From the NCBI GenBank assembly GCA_002897775.1, contig BDTR01000032.1:5556-69555 (forward strand): 64,000 nt of DNA, written 5' to 3'. Position 1 is the stretch's first letter. Every line of letters starts with the position of its first letter. The notes under the pieces are model-generated. The model did no database searches and had not been told where the DNA came from. It saw nothing but the letters and a program-made list of their open reading frames with translations. Below are positions 60,786 to 64,000 of this stretch, piece by piece. The position numbers and the translations under genes were made by a program. The DNA comes from a bacterium BMS3Bbin08. Lineage in GTDB: Bacteria; Nitrospirota; Thermodesulfovibrionia; UBA6902; BMS3Bbin08.

Positions 60786-62423
60786 TTACGCCATCTTCTT
60801 GTTTATTTTCTGTTCGTACATCAGCCTGTCTGCCTGGATCAGCAGTTCATCTATCGTATACGGGCACCTGCCTTTATGATGTACTATACCTACACTTATG
60901 ACCAGCTTGTAGCCGCGGTCTTGTCTTCCGGCGTTATAGGTCTCAAGCTGCCGCATGAAACGATCATTAAGCATCCGGGCATTTTTATCGGTCAGTTCGA
61001 TCGGAAAGACCACGAATTCATCGCCGCCTATCCGGGCGATTATGTCAGACTCCCTGAAGACCTGCTTGAGGATGTTAGCGGTCTCGATCAAAGCCCGGTC
61101 ACCTTCCTTATGTCCGAATTTATCATTGATCCACTTCATCCCGTCCAGGTCGGCGTACAGCATTAGCACGCCTTTGTTAAGCCGGTTGGCGATCTTTAAC
61201 TGTTGGGAAGATAAGGTAAGAAATCCCCGCCTGTTGTAAAGGCCGGTCAGTTCATCAGTAAGGCTGAGTGAGCGCAGTTCCTCCTCCAGCTTATGACGCT
61301 TGGTGAAGTCCCTTACAATATGAACGACTCCGATTATGTTGTTGTCTTTATCAAACCGGGGCAGAGCCTTTATCTCAATGTATTTGTTCAGGTTTGGTTC
61401 GAACAGTTCAGTGGTGGATGGTATGCCGGTTTTTAAGGTCTGGCAGCTGGGGCAGCCTTCAGGCGGGCAGGTTGTGCCGTGGTAGGACAGGTAGCATTTC
61501 TGGCTTAAGAGCGTCTTAAAGGACTTGCCGAGCATTGTTTCAGCTGCCTTGTTGGCGCGTATGATATTAAAGTCAGAGTCATGGACGGTTATCGCTTCGT
61601 TGATAATGTCGAAAGTCTCTTCCCATTCTTTTTTCGCATTAATGATCATCTCCTGCAGCTTTTTATGCTCGGTTATATCCCGGAAAACCAGGACAACACC
61701 TGTGATATTGCCCTTTTCATCCCTGATCGGCGCGCCGCTGTCATCTATCGGTCTTTTGGCGCCGTCCCTGGCTATCAGTATCGTTTGATCAGTCAGGCCG
61801 ACAACCGTTCTTTCCCGGAGCACTTTTTTTACCGGACTTTCAGCTCTTTCCCCTGTTTCTTCGTTTATGATATTAAACACTTCTTCGATCGTTTTTCCTT
61901 TGGCCTCTTCCTGTTTCCAGCCGGTCAGCTTTTCGGCAACAGGATTTATGAACATTATCCGGCCGTCCATATCAGTGGCGATCATTGCGTCACCAATGCT
62001 TTTAAGTACGGTGGAAAGCCATTCCTGGCTTTCCTTAACTTTTTTCTCCATCCCGTGTTTATAAAGAGCCGTCTCTATGACGCTGTATAATTCCCTGTCC
62101 TCGAAAGGTTTGATAAGGTAACCAAAAGGCTCTGTGACCTTTGCGCGGGAGAGGGTATCGTCGTCCGCGTACGCGGTAAGATATATTACTGGTATGTTCA
62201 ATTTTGCGCGTATCTGGCCGGCAACATCGATACCGTTCATTTCTCCCTGCAGCACAATATCCATAAGAACCAGGTCCGGCCTGAACTTTGTCGCCTTTTT
62301 AATGGCCTCTTCTCCTCTGGATACAACCGCCGGCACCTTGTAACCCATGCCCTGGAGGCTCATTTTTATGTCCTCAGCCACGATACTTTCATCTTCAACG
62401 ATCATGATCTGTTTTTTAGCCAT
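60786..62423 (-). CDS. Diguanylate cyclase REC-PAS-PAS-GGDEF
   Basis: IVEDE/LMDI receiver, two PAS, DELTGLYNRR, RESD I-site, GGDEF. Confidence 0.94.
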   Translation of the reverse strand: MAKKQIMIVEDESIVAEDIKMSLQGMGYKVPAVVSRGEEAIKKATKFRPDLVLMDIVLQGEMNGIDVAGQIRAKLNIPVIYLTAYADDDTLSRAKVTEPFGYLIKPFEDRELYSVIETALYKHGMEKKVKESQEWLSTVLKSIGDAMIATDMDGRIMFINPVAEKLTGWKQEEAKGKTIEEVFNIINEETGERAESPVKKVLRERTVVGLTDQTILIARDGAKRPIDDSGAPIRDEKGNITGVVLVFRDITEHKKLQEMIINAKKEWEETFDIINEAITVHDSDFNIIRANKAAETMLGKSFKTLLSQKCYLSYHGTTCPPEGCPSCQTLKTGIPSTTELFEPNLNKYIEIKALPRFDKDNNIIGVVHIVRDFTKRHKLEEELRSLSLTDELTGLYNRRGFLTLSSQQLKIANRLNKGVLMLYADLDGMKWINDKFGHKEGDRALIETANILKQVFRESDIIARIGGDEFVVFPIELTDKNARMLNDRFMRQLETYNAGRQDRGYKLVISVGIVHHKGRCPYTIDELLIQADRLMYEQKINKKMA

Positions 62424-62655
62424 TATCCTGTGATCCCTCTTTGTAAATGGAACAGGGAATGCGAATACTTAACCCCGGATGCCTATCAATTTCTTAATAT
62501 ATTCTATCATAATAAGCAATCACGGTTGATGTTAAATAGAGGGGAAATATCGCATCAGAGACCTTTACCACCTGCGGGTCGAAATGCGGGCCTGAGTTCT
62601 CGATTATTTCCTTCCTTGCGTCAAAGGGTGACTGAGCCTGTCAATAACCGCTTGT

Positions 62656-63999
62656 TTAAACCTTCAGGTTCAGTGTCGGCAGTCCTATTCTCTGCCTGCT
62701 GTTTTCGCCTTTGAACAGGTCGGTCATTCTTCCTGGTATATCGCCTCTTTCCCCTTTATGCCGTGCCTGTAGTTTCGCGGGCCGGGATCGACTCGTACCG
62801 AGCAGGCTGGCGGCGTGCTGAACAGTATGTTTGCCAAAGCGTGCAGATAGTTTATCTACGGTATGATAAATTTTAGACATTTTCTCTATTCTTGCCGTAT
62901 CATCGAACAGGGAGAACTGGATTCGGCTGTCAGGCATCAGGCCGCCGAGCACAACACCGGTCAGACGATAGGGCATGCCGGGCTGATAGACATGGCGAAA
63001 GCCTTGCCGTAACGGGTCGAACAGTTCGGCGGGGTAGGCAGTGGAACGGTTTAATTTAAGCTCAATGCCGATATCCCTGAAATCTTTTTTCCTGAGAAAT
63101 ATAATAAGCCGTGTTGCCGTAAGCTTATGCCGCCGTGCCTTGATGCAGGCATTCTCCAGGTTTTTGGAAAGCTGGGCAAAGACGAATGCTTCCTCAGTTG
63201 AGGGCGGGGTGAATGTTCTTGTCTTGCTTATCGACTGATAACTGCTCTTTGATTCGGTTACAACCGGGTAAACGCTTTTACCGTTCAGCTCGCTCCAGAT
63301 CTCCTGATATGGTTTGGACAGGTGTTTCCTGATAAACCCTTCATCTTTCCTTGCGAGCTCCAACGCGGTGGTTATTCCCAGTTTCCTTAGAAATGCCGCT
63401 GTATTCGGCCCTATGCCCCAGACCTTTTCCAGAGGCAGTTTATCCAGGTAAAGATGTATATCTCTTCCGGGTATCACTGTAAGTCCGCGCGGTTTGTTAT
63501 GATTTGAGCCTATCTTGCTGAGGACCTTTGTGAGGCTTATTCCCGCGGATACAGTGATCCCGAGCTCGCCTTTTATTGTTTTCTGGATCTCACCGGCGAT
63601 CCTGCTGTAAGGTCCGTGAAAGCTCCTTCTCAGGCCTGTAAGGTCGATAAAAGCCTCGTCTATGGAGTATTCCTCCACATCAGGGGAGAAGCGCCTTAGT
63701 ATATCGAACATCCGCACAGAGAACAGGCTGTAGGTCTCGTAATCAGAAGGAATGAGTATAACGTCAGGGCAGACCTTCTTTGCCTCGAAAAGTCTCATGC
63801 CTCTTTTGATCCCCCTGGCCTTTGCTTCGTAACTGGCGGCAGTAACTATTCCGCGCTCCCTGCCTGTGATAACAGGTTTTCCCCTGAGCTTCGGGTTGAT
63901 TGCCTGTTCACAGGATGCAAAAAAGGCGTCGGCATCCACGTGAAGGATGGCGCCTGGCCAGGAATGTATGGTTAAAGGCTGACTGGTCATTTTCCTCAT
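62656..63999 (-). CDS. dinB: Y-family DNA polymerase IV (start uncertain, at window edge)
   Basis: HVDADAFFASCE, ASYEAK..G, SIDEAF, GIG. Confidence 0.9.
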   Translation of the reverse strand: MRKMTSQPLTIHSWPGAILHVDADAFFASCEQAINPKLRGKPVITGRERGIVTAASYEAKARGIKRGMRLFEAKKVCPDVILIPSDYETYSLFSVRMFDILRRFSPDVEEYSIDEAFIDLTGLRRSFHGPYSRIAGEIQKTIKGELGITVSAGISLTKVLSKIGSNHNKPRGLTVIPGRDIHLYLDKLPLEKVWGIGPNTAAFLRKLGITTALELARKDEGFIRKHLSKPYQEIWSELNGKSVYPVVTESKSSYQSISKTRTFTPPSTEEAFVFAQLSKNLENACIKARRHKLTATRLIIFLRKKDFRDIGIELKLNRSTAYPAELFDPLRQGFRHVYQPGMPYRLTGVVLGGLMPDSRIQFSLFDDTARIEKMSKIYHTVDKLSARFGKHTVQHAASLLGTSRSRPAKLQARHKGERGDIPGRMTDLFKGENSRQRIGLPTLNLKV

Positions 64000-64000
64000 T

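Overview
Bacterial chromosomal segment; the gene content suggests an anaerobic Nitrospirota/deltaproteobacteria-like organism (inference only). In order: ilvB-ilvN-ilvC-psd-pssA-leuA-leuC-leuD; a selenium locus (DsrE/YedF-like gene, a tRNA-Sec-shaped tRNA with a Cys GCA anticodon and U73, an fdh remnant, a LysR gene, and selD with an in-frame UGA plus SECIS-like hairpin); nikR with an ECF Ni/Co transporter; a heme cluster (hemW, ahbD, hemE, hemH, hemG/Y). Next is a ~20 kb accessory locus with an ion transporter, USPs, two paralogous CxxC sensor kinases, three stand-alone receivers, two TauE/SafE exporters, two ATP-grasp/His-swivel dikinase-like proteins lacking the PEP barrel, and two GspE-N-like proteins carrying 3+2 DUF202 (Vtc1-like) modules. 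The window ends with an MFS transporter, a LolA-like/ABC/beta-barrel operon, small genes, a GGDEF protein and dinB. Short-period (7-8 nt) tandem arrays, often with inverted halves, and GC-rich REP-like palindromes are scattered throughout, several inserted in frame in housekeeping genes. Best novelty candidates: the 3+2 DUF202 putative pentameric anion channel with its paired dikinases, the selC*-like tRNA apparently co-regulated with selD, and the repeat families. All calls come from reading the sequence; no database searches were run.
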